This document shows, one piece after another, positions 18,550-27,791 of a DNA stretch of 64,000 nucleotides (position 1 is its first letter; every line of letters begins with the position of its first letter). Below the pieces are notes generated by a model. The model was not told the DNA's origin. It was given only the letters and a program-made list of their open reading frames with translations, and searched no databases. The stretch is taken from NCBI GenBank assembly GCA_963782055.1, contig CAWAIF010000003.1, positions 1,088,001 through 1,152,000 on the forward strand. Reading direction: 5' to 3'. This DNA is from an uncultured delta proteobacterium. GTDB lineage: Bacteria; Myxococcota_A; Polyangia; Polyangiales; Polyangiaceae. The translations under genes and the position numbers were made by a program.

Positions 18550-20447
18550 CCTCGGCGGACGAGAGGCTGCGCGTCGCGGGGGTGCAGTACCTCAACGCGC
18601 GCCCGCTCTACGAGGGGCTGGATCGCGAGCCGGCGTCGGCGCGCGTGCGGCTGGACCTGGCGCTCCCCAGCGAGGTGGCGCGGCGGGTGGCGGAGGACGA
18701 GGCGGACGTGGCGCTGATGCCCGTCGCCGCGGCCGCGACGATCGGCGATCTGCGCATGGTGCGGGGCAGCGCCATCGGCGCGCGCGGCAAGGTGCGCAGC
18801 GTGGTGATCTTCTCCGAGCGTCCTGTCGAGGAGCTGGAGGAGGTCGCGCTGGATCTCTCCTCGCGCACCAGCGTGGTGCTGGCGCGGCTGGTGCTGCGCG
18901 CGCGTCTGGGCAAGGAGCCGGTGCTGCGCGGTCTCGCGTCGAAGGACGCGCTCGACTTCGTCGGCGGCACGCGCGGCGCGGTGGTCATCGGCGATCCGGC
19001 GCTCGCCCACGAGGGCCGGTTCCCCTTCACGCTGGATCTCGGCGAGGCGTGGCTGGAGCGGACGGGCCTGCCCTTCGTCTTCGCCGCGTGGTGCGGGCGT
19101 CCGGGCGCGATCACGCCGGAGGACGAGCGGCTCTTCGACGAGGCGCGCGTCCAGGGCCTGCGCGCGCGCGACGCCATCGCCGACGCACACGCCGAGGCGA
19201 GCGGGCTGCCGAAGGAGAGCCTGCGCGCGTACCTGCAGGAGGCGATTCGCTACCCGTTCGGCGAGGAGGAGGCGGAGGGGCTGCAGCGCTTCTTCGACGA
19301 GGCGGCGGAGGCGCGGCTGCTCCCGGCGACGCGCGTGCGCTTCTATGGCGATCGCGAGCGCGTGCACTCGGTGCCGTCGCTCGACACGCTGCTGCAGCGC
19401 GCGGCCGACGGGGAGCGGCTGTCGGCGGCGGAGGGCGAGCGGCTCGCCGCGGGCGCGGGCCTGTTCGACCTGGGCCTCGCGGCGGACGCGGTGCGCGCGC
19501 GCCGCCACCCGCACGGGGTGGTGACGTACATCGTCGACCGCAACGTCAACTACACCAACGTCTGCACCACGAGCTGTCGCTTCTGCGCCTTCTACAGGCC
19601 GGTCGGCCACCCGGAGGGCTACGTGCTCTCGCGCGAGGTGCTCGGCCAGAAGCTCCAGGAGGTGGTGGACGCGGGCGGGGTGCAGATCCTCCTGCAGGGC
19701 GGCCTCAACCCGGACCTGCCCATCGGCTGGTACGAGGACCTCTTCCGGTGGATCAAGGCGCAGTACGGCCTGGGGCTGCACGCGCTCTCGCCGGAGGAGA
19801 TCCTGCACGTCGCGCGGATGGAGTCGCTGCCGGTGCGGCAGGTGCTGGAGCGGCTGCACGCCGCGGGGCTGGACAGCGTGCCGGGTGGGGGCGCGGAGAT
19901 CCTGGTCGACAGGGTGCGGCGGCGCATCGCGAAGGCGAAGTGCACCAGCGAGGAGTGGCTGGGCGTGATGCGTACGGCGCACCACATGGGCCTGCGCTCC
20001 AGCGCCACGATGATGTACGGCACGACCGACACGGCGCGCGACCGGGTCACGCACCTGATCAAGCTGCGCGACCTGCAGGACGAGACGGGCGGCTTCACCG
20101 CCTTCTTCTGCTGGGACTTCCAGCACGAGGAGGGGGTGCGCATCGAGGCGGGCGACCACGGCACGCACCTGTACCTGCGGCAGCAGGCGCTCGCGCGCAT
20201 CCTGCTGGACAACGTGGAGCACGTGGGCGCCTCGTGGGTGACGCAGGGGCCGGAGATCGGGCAGCTCGCGCTGCGCTTCGGCGCGGACGATTTCGGGAGC
20301 GTGATGTTCGAGGAGAACGTGGTGTCCAGCGCAGGGACGACGTACTGCATCGACGCCGACGCGATCGAGAGTCGCATCCGCGGCGCGGGCTTCAAGAGCG
20401 TGAGGCGCAACGTGAAGTACGAGTGGCTGGACGAGCCGCGCGCGTAG
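18546..20447 (+). CDS. mqnC: fused chorismate dehydratase MqnA + cyclic dehypoxanthine futalosine synthase MqnC
   Basis: N-half VQYLNARPL, G.VRSV, SRTSVVL, IGDPAL, DLGEAW...TGLPFVFAAW (MqnA). C-half DRNVNYTNVCTTSCRFCAFYR, QILLQGGLNP, PGGGAEIL, GGFTAF..W.FQ, SWVTQG, FGADDFGSVMFEENVV (MqnC). One uninterrupted frame from GTG 18546. Confidence 0.92.
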   Translation: MTSADERLRVAGVQYLNARPLYEGLDREPASARVRLDLALPSEVARRVAEDEADVALMPVAAAATIGDLRMVRGSAIGARGKVRSVVIFSERPVEELEEVALDLSSRTSVVLARLVLRARLGKEPVLRGLASKDALDFVGGTRGAVVIGDPALAHEGRFPFTLDLGEAWLERTGLPFVFAAWCGRPGAITPEDERLFDEARVQGLRARDAIADAHAEASGLPKESLRAYLQEAIRYPFGEEEAEGLQRFFDEAAEARLLPATRVRFYGDRERVHSVPSLDTLLQRAADGERLSAAEGERLAAGAGLFDLGLAADAVRARRHPHGVVTYIVDRNVNYTNVCTTSCRFCAFYRPVGHPEGYVLSREVLGQKLQEVVDAGGVQILLQGGLNPDLPIGWYEDLFRWIKAQYGLGLHALSPEEILHVARMESLPVRQVLERLHAAGLDSVPGGGAEILVDRVRRRIAKAKCTSEEWLGVMRTAHHMGLRSSATMMYGTTDTARDRVTHLIKLRDLQDETGGFTAFFCWDFQHEEGVRIEAGDHGTHLYLRQQALARILLDNVEHVGASWVTQGPEIGQLALRFGADDFGSVMFEENVVSSAGTTYCIDADAIESRIRGAGFKSVRRNVKYEWLDEPRA

Positions 20448-20537
20448 GTTCCGGCTCGCCGGCGGCCTAGCACCAGGCGGGGAGGCGGGGCGTCGTGCCG
20501 CGTCTGTGCTAGGCTCGGGCGAGGAAAGGGGGCGGTC

Positions 20538-21905
20538 ATGCGCACCTGGCTTCTGGGAGTTCTTGTGTTCGGTCTCGCCGCGTGCGGCTCCAACGGCCCG
20601 AGCGGCTTCGACACCGACGGTGGCGCCACCGACGGGAGCGTCGGCAACGACGACGCGCCGTCGTTCACCGGCGACGGTGCCACCGGCGACGGCGGGGCGT
20701 GCGTCAACCTGCAGTGCAAGCAGGTGGATTGCGGCGGGGGTGCGACCACCACGGTGAGCGGCACGGTCGTCACCGCGACGCCCTCGCAGTACGGCTCGCC
20801 CGACCCGATCTACAACGCCATCGTCTACGTGCCGAACGCGGCGGTGGACCCCTTCCCGGCCGGCGTCTCGTGCGACCAGTGCGGCGCGGCGGTGAGCGGG
20901 AGCCCGGTGGTCGTCGCGCTGTCCGACTCGTCGGGCAAGTTCACGCTGAAGAACGTGCCGGTGGGCGACAACATCCCGCTGGTGGTGCAGATCGGCCGCT
21001 GGCGCAGGCAGGTTGTGATCCCGACGGTGAAGCAGTGCGTGGACAACCCGATCCCGACGACGCTCACCCACATCCCGCGCAACAAGTCGGAGGGTGACAT
21101 CCCGCACATCGCCATCGCCACGAGCACGTACGACGCCGAGGAGTGCATCCTGCTCAAGATGGGCGTGGACGTGAGCGAGTTCACCGCGTCCAGCGGCAAC
21201 GGGCGCATTCACCTCTATCACGGCAACGGCACGACGCTGCCCGGCGCGTCGCCGATGGCGGACCTCACCGCGAGCCTCGCCACGCTCAAGCAGTACGACG
21301 TGGTGCAGTTCCCGTGCTCGTCGGTGCCGGTCATCGGGGGCAGCCCGGGTCAGGCGGGCAAGAACCTCCTCGACTACCTCGACGCGGGCGGCAGGGCCTT
21401 CGCCACCGACCTGAGCTACTCCTGGTACAAGGACGGCCCCGCGCCGCTGCCGAGCACGGCCCCCTGGGGGACGTGGGGCGGCGGGATGCCGTGGCCGCTG
21501 CCCGCGACGATCGACCAGAGCTTCCCCAAGGGGAAGGCGCTCGCCGAGTGGCTGAAGAACATCGGCGCGACGCCCACGCAGGGGAGCATCGACCTGAACG
21601 AGACCTACCACATCACCGACAGCGTCAACGCGCCCACGTCGCGCTGGCTGTACTCGACCAGCCCCACGTCGGTGCAGACGCTCTCCTTCAACACGCCTAT
21701 CGGCAACGCGCCGGACAAGCAGTGCGGCCGCGCGTACTACTCCAACTTCCACATCGCAGGCGGTCAGTCGGGCGGGGGGACCACCTTCCCGGCGGAGTGC
21801 GACTCCAAGCCGCTCACCCCGCAGGAGAAGGCGATGGAGTTCTTCCTCTTCGACCTCTCCTCGTGCGTGCAGGACGACAGCAAGCCACCCGTGCCCCCGA
21901 AGTGA
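20538..21905 (+). CDS. myxobacterial lipoprotein with carboxypeptidase-regulatory-like domain
   Basis: MRTWLLGVLVFGLAAC lipobox; DGG linker; G.FTL.NVP.G..IPLVVQIGRWRRQ; terminal LTPQEKAMEFFLFDLSSCV. Confidence 0.8.
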   Translation: MRTWLLGVLVFGLAACGSNGPSGFDTDGGATDGSVGNDDAPSFTGDGATGDGGACVNLQCKQVDCGGGATTTVSGTVVTATPSQYGSPDPIYNAIVYVPNAAVDPFPAGVSCDQCGAAVSGSPVVVALSDSSGKFTLKNVPVGDNIPLVVQIGRWRRQVVIPTVKQCVDNPIPTTLTHIPRNKSEGDIPHIAIATSTYDAEECILLKMGVDVSEFTASSGNGRIHLYHGNGTTLPGASPMADLTASLATLKQYDVVQFPCSSVPVIGGSPGQAGKNLLDYLDAGGRAFATDLSYSWYKDGPAPLPSTAPWGTWGGGMPWPLPATIDQSFPKGKALAEWLKNIGATPTQGSIDLNETYHITDSVNAPTSRWLYSTSPTSVQTLSFNTPIGNAPDKQCGRAYYSNFHIAGGQSGGGTTFPAECDSKPLTPQEKAMEFFLFDLSSCVQDDSKPPVPPK

Positions 21906-21936
21906 CGCGCCCGAGCGCGGCGACGGGAGCCACGCG

Positions 21937-22398
21937 ATGGCCGATCTGAAGGAGCTGGCGGGCACGGTGCGTGACCTCCTGGTCCGCGCACCGCGCGCGA
22001 CCCTGGCCACGCTGACCGCCGGCGCGCCGTACGCCTCGCTCGTGCTCGTCGCGGACGACGGCGCGGGCGCGCCGCTCCTGCTCCTGTCCGATCTGGCGGA
22101 GCACACGCGCAACCTGAAGCGCGACCCGCGCGCATCGGTCCTCGTCTGGGCCGCCGCCGGCGATCCCCTCGCCGCGGCGCGTGCCACCTTCCTGGGCGAG
22201 GTCGTGCCCGTCACCGACGGCGCGATGCGCGAGCGCTTCCTGCGCCGCCATCCGACCGCCGCGACGTACGCGTCCTTCAAGGACTTCGCCGTCTACCGGC
22301 TCGAGGTCGCCCGCGTGCATCTGGTCGCCGGCTTCGGCCGGATCGACTGGCTGCCCGGGGACGACTACCGCGCGGGGCTGGCGCCCGCCGCGGGCTGA
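21937..22398 (+). CDS. pyridoxamine 5'-phosphate oxidase-like / HugZ-family flavin- or heme-binding split-barrel protein
   Basis: ATLATL...PYASLV...PLLLLSDLAEHTRNL..DPRASVL...YASFKDF.VYRL...HLVAGFGRI. Confidence 0.88.
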   Translation: MADLKELAGTVRDLLVRAPRATLATLTAGAPYASLVLVADDGAGAPLLLLSDLAEHTRNLKRDPRASVLVWAAAGDPLAAARATFLGEVVPVTDGAMRERFLRRHPTAATYASFKDFAVYRLEVARVHLVAGFGRIDWLPGDDYRAGLAPAAG

Positions 22399-22558
22399 TC
22401 CGCGCGCGCGCCTGGTCGGGCTTTCGTCCCCTCCCAGCGTGGCCGCCGGCTGCACGCCCCCACCGCCCAGGCGCGACCTGCGACGTGCGCCCCCTCAGGC
22501 CGCGCTGCCGCTCCCGCCGCCCTGTCCCCCCTGTCCCCCCCTCTGTCCCCGGACACCC

Positions 22559-22596
22559 AAACGTCGGACCGCTAGCACGCTCGCACTCCGACGTTT
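22559..22596. repeat. 10-bp perfect inverted repeat upstream of the MarR-like gene
   Basis: AAACGTCGGA-N18-TCCGACGTTT, preceded by three CTGTCCCC units (22522-22551). Confidence 0.6.
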
Positions 22597-22662
22597 CGCG
22601 GCGATCTCGCGGAGGGGAGGGGGGGTGGGGGGGTTGGTATGGGGCGTGCTGAGGGGGTGGGG

Positions 22663-23244
22663 ATGGATCCGGTGTTCTTCACAATCAAGCGTGCGTACTA
22701 CGCGACGCTGCGTCTCACGCGTCGGGCGCTGGCCGCCATCGGGCTCACGGCGGCTCGCTTCGACCTTCTCGACGCCCTCTACCGGCTGGGGACGGGGGCC
22801 AGCAACCTGCAGAGTCACCTTCGCCGGGGGCTGGGCGTCGCTCGGTCCACCATCAGCCGGATGCTCGGTGCCCTCGAGCGGCTGGGGCTGGTCACGCGGC
22901 ATCGCGCGGGGCGCGAGTGCGTCGTCAAGCTCACCCCGGAAGGGCGGCGCCGTGTGCGGTGCGCGTTCTTCGGGCTCGTCCGCGTGGGGCACGTCGCGCT
23001 GGCGCTGGACAGCGCGCTCGCGCCCGGCAGCCGGTTCTGGCCCACGCCGCGCGCATGCGTCGCGGCGCGAAGACATCTCATGGTGCTCTGCCTTCGCATC
23101 CGGCTGGGCCTTGGCGACAAGGCGACGCTCGACAGGCTCACCGAAGGCGGGTTCTGGGTCCTGCGGGACCTGGACCGGGCCCGGCGCTTGCGCGCTCGCA
23201 CGCAGCGTCGCGAGCGAGGCGACGCGGAGGTGTGGCTGGCGTGA
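22663..23244 (+). CDS. MarR-family winged-helix regulator
   Basis: LAAIGLTAARFDLLDAL...QSHLRRGLGVARSTISRMLGALERLGLVTR...VKLTPEGRR. Confidence 0.75.
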   Translation: MDPVFFTIKRAYYATLRLTRRALAAIGLTAARFDLLDALYRLGTGASNLQSHLRRGLGVARSTISRMLGALERLGLVTRHRAGRECVVKLTPEGRRRVRCAFFGLVRVGHVALALDSALAPGSRFWPTPRACVAARRHLMVLCLRIRLGLGDKATLDRLTEGGFWVLRDLDRARRLRARTQRRERGDAEVWLA

Positions 23245-23304
23245 ACGGGCCTGGTCCGGCGTGCGGGGACGACGCAAGAACAGAACACCCAACATCGAGG
23301 GGCG

Positions 23305-23368
23305 AGGCCGCGATGCCACCAGGCCGCGATGCCACCAGGCCACCAGGCCGCGATGCCGCGAGGTCGCG
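23305..23368 (+). repeat. tandem array of eight degenerate 8-mers, A(G/T)GCC(GCG/ACC)
   Basis: aggccgcg atgccacc aggccgcg atgccacc aggccacc aggccgcg atgccgcg aggtcgcg, between convergent genes. Confidence 0.75.
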
Positions 23369-23380
23369 AAGCCCGCCGCT

Positions 23381-24091
23381 TCAGAACGTCTGGTTCAGAT
23401 AGCGGAAGAGCAGATAGGTGGGAGTCGCCGAGGTGGGGTCCACCACGATCGCGCCGTCGGGGTAGCCATCGTTGCGGTGTACCTGATGCGCGCTGCTCGG
23501 CTCGGTGCCATCCGAGTACGCGAACACCGAGACCGGCGCGCCCACCGTGACGTGCGCGCAGACGAAGGCGACGGCCTCGTCCTGCGTCACCGTGGTGAAG
23601 TCGGTGCTGTGCACGCCCAGGTCGGCGGCGTAGTCCAGCGTGACGCCGGTGTGCCAGCCCTCGGCGTAGGCGGGGCCGAGGAGCGGCGCGTTCGCGGTGT
23701 CCACCGCGACGCCGCTGACCGACGTCACCAGCCGCTGCACCTGGCCCTGGATGGACAGCTCGAGCACCACGTGCGTCCCGTTGGGCAGCGCGCACTGCTG
23801 GTCCACCGGACGGACGAGCGCGACCAGGGTGCCGTCGGCGCGGCCGTCGGCCTTGGTGAACAGCGAGCCGAAGGTGGTGGCGCACGCCTGCGCCTTTTCC
23901 TCGCAGCTCACCCCCGCCTCGGCCGGCGTCGCCTCCCCGCCCGCGTCCCCCGCCGCGTCGCCCGGCGAGGCCTCCGCGCCCCCGTCGTCCGGTCCGCCGT
24001 CCTTCGCGCCGGCGTCCGCGGCCCCGTCGGGGCCGCACGCCGCCAGCGCCAGCGAAAGTACCCCGAGCGCCGTGAGCCACCGTGCCAGCAT
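23381..24091 (-). CDS. hypothetical lipoprotein
   Basis: MLARWLTALGVLSLALAAC lipobox; DAG/DGG linker. Confidence 0.75.
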   Translation of the reverse strand: MLARWLTALGVLSLALAACGPDGAADAGAKDGGPDDGGAEASPGDAAGDAGGEATPAEAGVSCEEKAQACATTFGSLFTKADGRADGTLVALVRPVDQQCALPNGTHVVLELSIQGQVQRLVTSVSGVAVDTANAPLLGPAYAEGWHTGVTLDYAADLGVHSTDFTTVTQDEAVAFVCAHVTVGAPVSVFAYSDGTEPSSAHQVHRNDGYPDGAIVVDPTSATPTYLLFRYLNQTF

Positions 24092-24145
24092 GATCGACCG
24101 GCTACCTACCACGAACGCCGTGCCGAACGGTGCTACCACTAGCGC

Positions 24146-25633
24146 GTGTCCCGAATCCCCATCCCCTCCGCCCCCGGCCCCGGCCCGATGTGGGGGCTCG
24201 GCGTGCGCGGCAACGCCCTCCGCTGGATCCGCGACCCCATCGGCTACGCGGGGCGCCTCTTCGCCCGCTACGGCAACGTCGCCTCCATCGTCCGCGGTCC
24301 GCTGCGCATCGTGAACCCCGGCCCGACACCGGCGATCCCGTTGCTCGAGGCGGCCCGCGGCGCCGGCGTGGTGTGCGTGAACGGCGCCGAGCTCAACCGG
24401 CAGGTGCTCACCGACCACGAGCGCTACCACACGATCGCGCTCCCCGGTCGCCTCTACCCGACACGCGGCACCCCCAGCGGGCGCGAGCGGCCCGTCACGC
24501 GCACCATGACCGGCCTCTTCCACGTCAACGGCGGCGAGCATCGCAAGCACCGCCGCCTGCTCATGCCGGCGTTCGCCAAGACGCGCATCGATGCCTATCG
24601 CGACGACATGGTGCGCATCACCGGCGAGGTGCTCGCGCAGTACCGCCCGGGGGAGACGCGCGACGTCCACGCCGACATGACCGAGCTCACCTTGCGCGTG
24701 GCCACCAAGACCCTCTTCGGCGAGGACGAGGGCGCGCGAGGCGCCGAGCTCGCGCGGATGATGCAGCGCTGGCTCGTGACGATGATGTCACCGGGGATGC
24801 TCGTCCGCTACGACGTGCGGCCGCTGGCGTACTGGCGCTTCCTCAACCTCACCCGCGAGATCGACGAAGGCACCGCCGCGATCCTGCGCGACCGGCGCGG
24901 TCGCGGAGAGGGCGCGGACATGCTCTCCATGCTCCTCGCCGCGCGCGACGAGGACGGCAGCGCGCTCGACGAGGACGATCTCGTCGGCCACACGGGCGTC
25001 ATCTTCGCGGCGGGGCACGAGACGAGCACCAACGCCCTCGCCTGGACGCTGCTCCTCCTCTCGCAGCACCCGCGCGTCCTCCGCGAGCTCGACGACGAGC
25101 TCGCCTGCCTGCGCGGCGCCCCGCCGGCGGTGGAGGACCTCGCGCGGCTCACCCTCCTCGACGCCGTCGTCAAGGAGAGCATGCGCCTGCTCCCGCCCGT
25201 GCCGCTCCACCCGCGCATCGTGGCGAAGGACTCCGAGCTGGGCGGCCACCACCTCCCCGCCGGGAGCGAGGTGTTCCTCAGCATCTTCCACATGCACCAC
25301 GACCCCGACGTCTTTCCCGACCCCGAGACCTTCTCGCCGCGCCGCTGGGAGCGGGCGAAGCCCACCGTCTACGAGTACAACCCCTTCAGCGCGGGCCCGC
25401 GCATGTGCATCGGCGCCTCCTTCGCGATGATGGAGATCAAGGTCGTCCTCGCCATGCTCCTCTCCCGGTTCCGCCTGGAGCTGCCGGCCGGATCGCGCGT
25501 CGACCCACGCGTGGCGATCACCATGGCGCCGCGCGGCGGGCTGCGGATGACCGTGCGCGCGGGCGGCGGCGCGCCGGCGCGGGCCGAGGGCTTCGGCGGC
25601 GAGGTCCGCCGGCTCGCCCGCTGGCCCTCCTGA
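24146..25633 (+). CDS. cytochrome P450
   Basis: I-helix AAGHETS, K-helix ESMR, PETFSPRRW, heme motif FSAGPRMCIG. Confidence 0.96.
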   Translation: MSRIPIPSAPGPGPMWGLGVRGNALRWIRDPIGYAGRLFARYGNVASIVRGPLRIVNPGPTPAIPLLEAARGAGVVCVNGAELNRQVLTDHERYHTIALPGRLYPTRGTPSGRERPVTRTMTGLFHVNGGEHRKHRRLLMPAFAKTRIDAYRDDMVRITGEVLAQYRPGETRDVHADMTELTLRVATKTLFGEDEGARGAELARMMQRWLVTMMSPGMLVRYDVRPLAYWRFLNLTREIDEGTAAILRDRRGRGEGADMLSMLLAARDEDGSALDEDDLVGHTGVIFAAGHETSTNALAWTLLLLSQHPRVLRELDDELACLRGAPPAVEDLARLTLLDAVVKESMRLLPPVPLHPRIVAKDSELGGHHLPAGSEVFLSIFHMHHDPDVFPDPETFSPRRWERAKPTVYEYNPFSAGPRMCIGASFAMMEIKVVLAMLLSRFRLELPAGSRVDPRVAITMAPRGGLRMTVRAGGGAPARAEGFGGEVRRLARWPS

Positions 25634-25640
25634 CGCCCCG

Positions 25641-27707
25641 CTACCTCGGCGCCGGGGCGTCCAGCACCTCGCGCACCTTGCGCGCCAGCGCCTCCGGCGT
25701 CACCGGCTTCTGCAGGAAGGACACGCCGGAGTCCAGCACCCCGTGGTGGACGATGGAGTTCTCCGTGTAGCCGGACATGTAGAGTACACGCATGTCCGGG
25801 CGCACCGCCCGCAGCCGCTCGGCGAGCTGCCGCCCGCTCATGCGTGGCATCACCACGTCGGAGAGGAGCAGGTGGATCGTCGCCCCGTGCTGCTCGCAGA
25901 TGAGCAGCGCGTCCCCGCCGCTCTGCGCCTCCAGCACGTGGTACCCCATGCGCCGAAGGATGGTCCGCGCCAAAACCCGCACCGGCTCCTCGTCCTCCAC
26001 GAGCAGGATCGTCTCCGTCCCGCGGAGGGCCTCCGCCGGCGGCGCCGACGGCGCCGAGGAGGCGCTCCGCTTCACCGCGGAGAGGTCGGTGCGCGGGAAG
26101 TAGACCTTCACCGTCGTGCCGCGCCCCGGCTCGCTGTAGACCCAGAGGTGCCCGTTGCTCTGCTTCACGATGCCGAAGACCGTCGCGAGCCCGAGCCCGG
26201 TGCCCTTGCCCGTCGCCTTGGTCGTGAAGAAGGGCTCGAACATGCGCGCCCGGGTCTCGGCGTCCATCCCCTCGCCGGTGTCGGTCACCATGAGCGCGAC
26301 GTGAGGGCCGGGCGTCACCCCGAGGTGCGCGGCGGCGTAGTCGGCGTCGAGCTCCGCGCGGGCCACCTCCACCGTGAGCTTCCCGCCGCGCGGCATCGCG
26401 TCGCGCGCGTTGGCGACCAGGTTGACCAGGATCTGATCGATCTGGCTGGGGTCGAGGGTGACGACGGCCGAGCCCCCGCGCAGGAGGGTGAGCTCGATGT
26501 CCTCGCCGACCAGCCGGCGGAGCATCTTCTCCAGGCCCGCGACCACGTCGCCCAGGTCCACCGGCCGCGGCTGGAGGATCTGCCGGCGTCCGAAGGCGAG
26601 GAGCTGGCGGGTGAGGCTGGTGGCGCGCTCCGCCGCGGCGTGGATCTCCTGGATGTCGGTGCGCAAGGGGTCGCTCGGGCTGAGGTCACCGAGGAGCATC
26701 GAGGAGTAACTGAGGATCACCGAAAGCAGGTTGTTGAAGTCGTGCGCGATGCCGCCCGCGAGCCGACCGATGGCGTCCATCTTCTGCGCCTGGCGAAACT
26801 GCTCCTCGGTGCGCGCGAGCGACTCCTCCAGCCGGCGCTGAGCGGTGAGGTCGCGGACGATGCAGAGCACCACCGGGCGCTTCTCGAAGGAGAAGGAGGC
26901 GAGCCCGATGTCCACCGGGATCTCCGTGCCGTCGCGCCGCAGCGCGGCGAGCGCGGGCGCCTCGCCCATGCGTCGCGTCCGCGGGGCGGCGAAGTAGCCG
27001 TCGCGCAGGCCCGCGTGCGCCTCCCGCACCGCAGACGGCACCAGCTCGTCGATGCCGAGGCCGAGCAGCGCGCCGCTCTCGCGACCGAAGAGCGTGTCCG
27101 CCTCCGGGTTGGCGAGCAGGATGGTGCCGCTGCGGGCGACCATCAGCATCGCGTCGGGGGCCGCCTCGAACATCCGTCGGAAGACGCCCTCGGTCTGCTG
27201 CAGCGCCACGAAGAGGCGCTCGCGCTCCGCGGCTTCGGTGTGGAGGGCGGCGTTGGCGTACCGTAGCTCCTCGGTGCGCGCCGCCACCCGACGCTCCAGC
27301 TCGTCGCGCGCGCCGTGCAGGGCCTCCAGCGCGGCCTTCTCCGCCGTGATGTCACGGGCGACGGCGTAGACGAGGCCGCTGGCCGGCTCCACGACCGAGT
27401 TCCACACCAGCCAGCGGTACGTGCCGTCCTTGCAGACATGGCGGTTCGCGAATCCGGTGGCGGCGTCGCCGGCGCGGACCCGTGCTCGCGTCTCGAGCGT
27501 GGCCTGGCAATCGTCCGGGTGCACGAAGTCGATCTGCGGCCTGGCCAGGAGCTCCTCGACGCTCCACCCGAGCGTCCGCTCCCAGGCAGGGTTGACGACC
27601 TTGAAGTACCCGTCAGCGCCGGCCACGGCCATCAGGGCGGGAGACAGGCGGAAGAACTCTGCCCAGTTGATGGGGCCTTGCGGCACTGGCGTGTTGGCGT
27701 CGGCCAA
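25641..27707 (-). CDS. hybrid sensor histidine kinase (PAS-PAS-HisKA-HATPase-REC)
   Basis: PAS folds; [49 protein letters not shown]; receiver LLVEDE...LLLSDVVMP...LQKP. Confidence 0.95.
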   Translation of the reverse strand: MADANTPVPQGPINWAEFFRLSPALMAVAGADGYFKVVNPAWERTLGWSVEELLARPQIDFVHPDDCQATLETRARVRAGDAATGFANRHVCKDGTYRWLVWNSVVEPASGLVYAVARDITAEKAALEALHGARDELERRVAARTEELRYANAALHTEAAERERLFVALQQTEGVFRRMFEAAPDAMLMVARSGTILLANPEADTLFGRESGALLGLGIDELVPSAVREAHAGLRDGYFAAPRTRRMGEAPALAALRRDGTEIPVDIGLASFSFEKRPVVLCIVRDLTAQRRLEESLARTEEQFRQAQKMDAIGRLAGGIAHDFNNLLSVILSYSSMLLGDLSPSDPLRTDIQEIHAAAERATSLTRQLLAFGRRQILQPRPVDLGDVVAGLEKMLRRLVGEDIELTLLRGGSAVVTLDPSQIDQILVNLVANARDAMPRGGKLTVEVARAELDADYAAAHLGVTPGPHVALMVTDTGEGMDAETRARMFEPFFTTKATGKGTGLGLATVFGIVKQSNGHLWVYSEPGRGTTVKVYFPRTDLSAVKRSASSAPSAPPAEALRGTETILLVEDEEPVRVLARTILRRMGYHVLEAQSGGDALLICEQHGATIHLLLSDVVMPRMSGRQLAERLRAVRPDMRVLYMSGYTENSIVHHGVLDSGVSFLQKPVTPEALARKVREVLDAPAPR

Positions 27708-27791
27708 GGGGGACCCACTCTAGCAGCTCCGCCCGCGGCGGTGAGGGGCGGCGCATCGCGCGAGCGCCTCCGGCCGCGTGTCGGCACGGGA

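Noticed and set aside
23305..23368. Tandem repeats considered as a CRISPR array
   Set aside because: The units are 8 bp with no unique spacers, and there are no cas genes.
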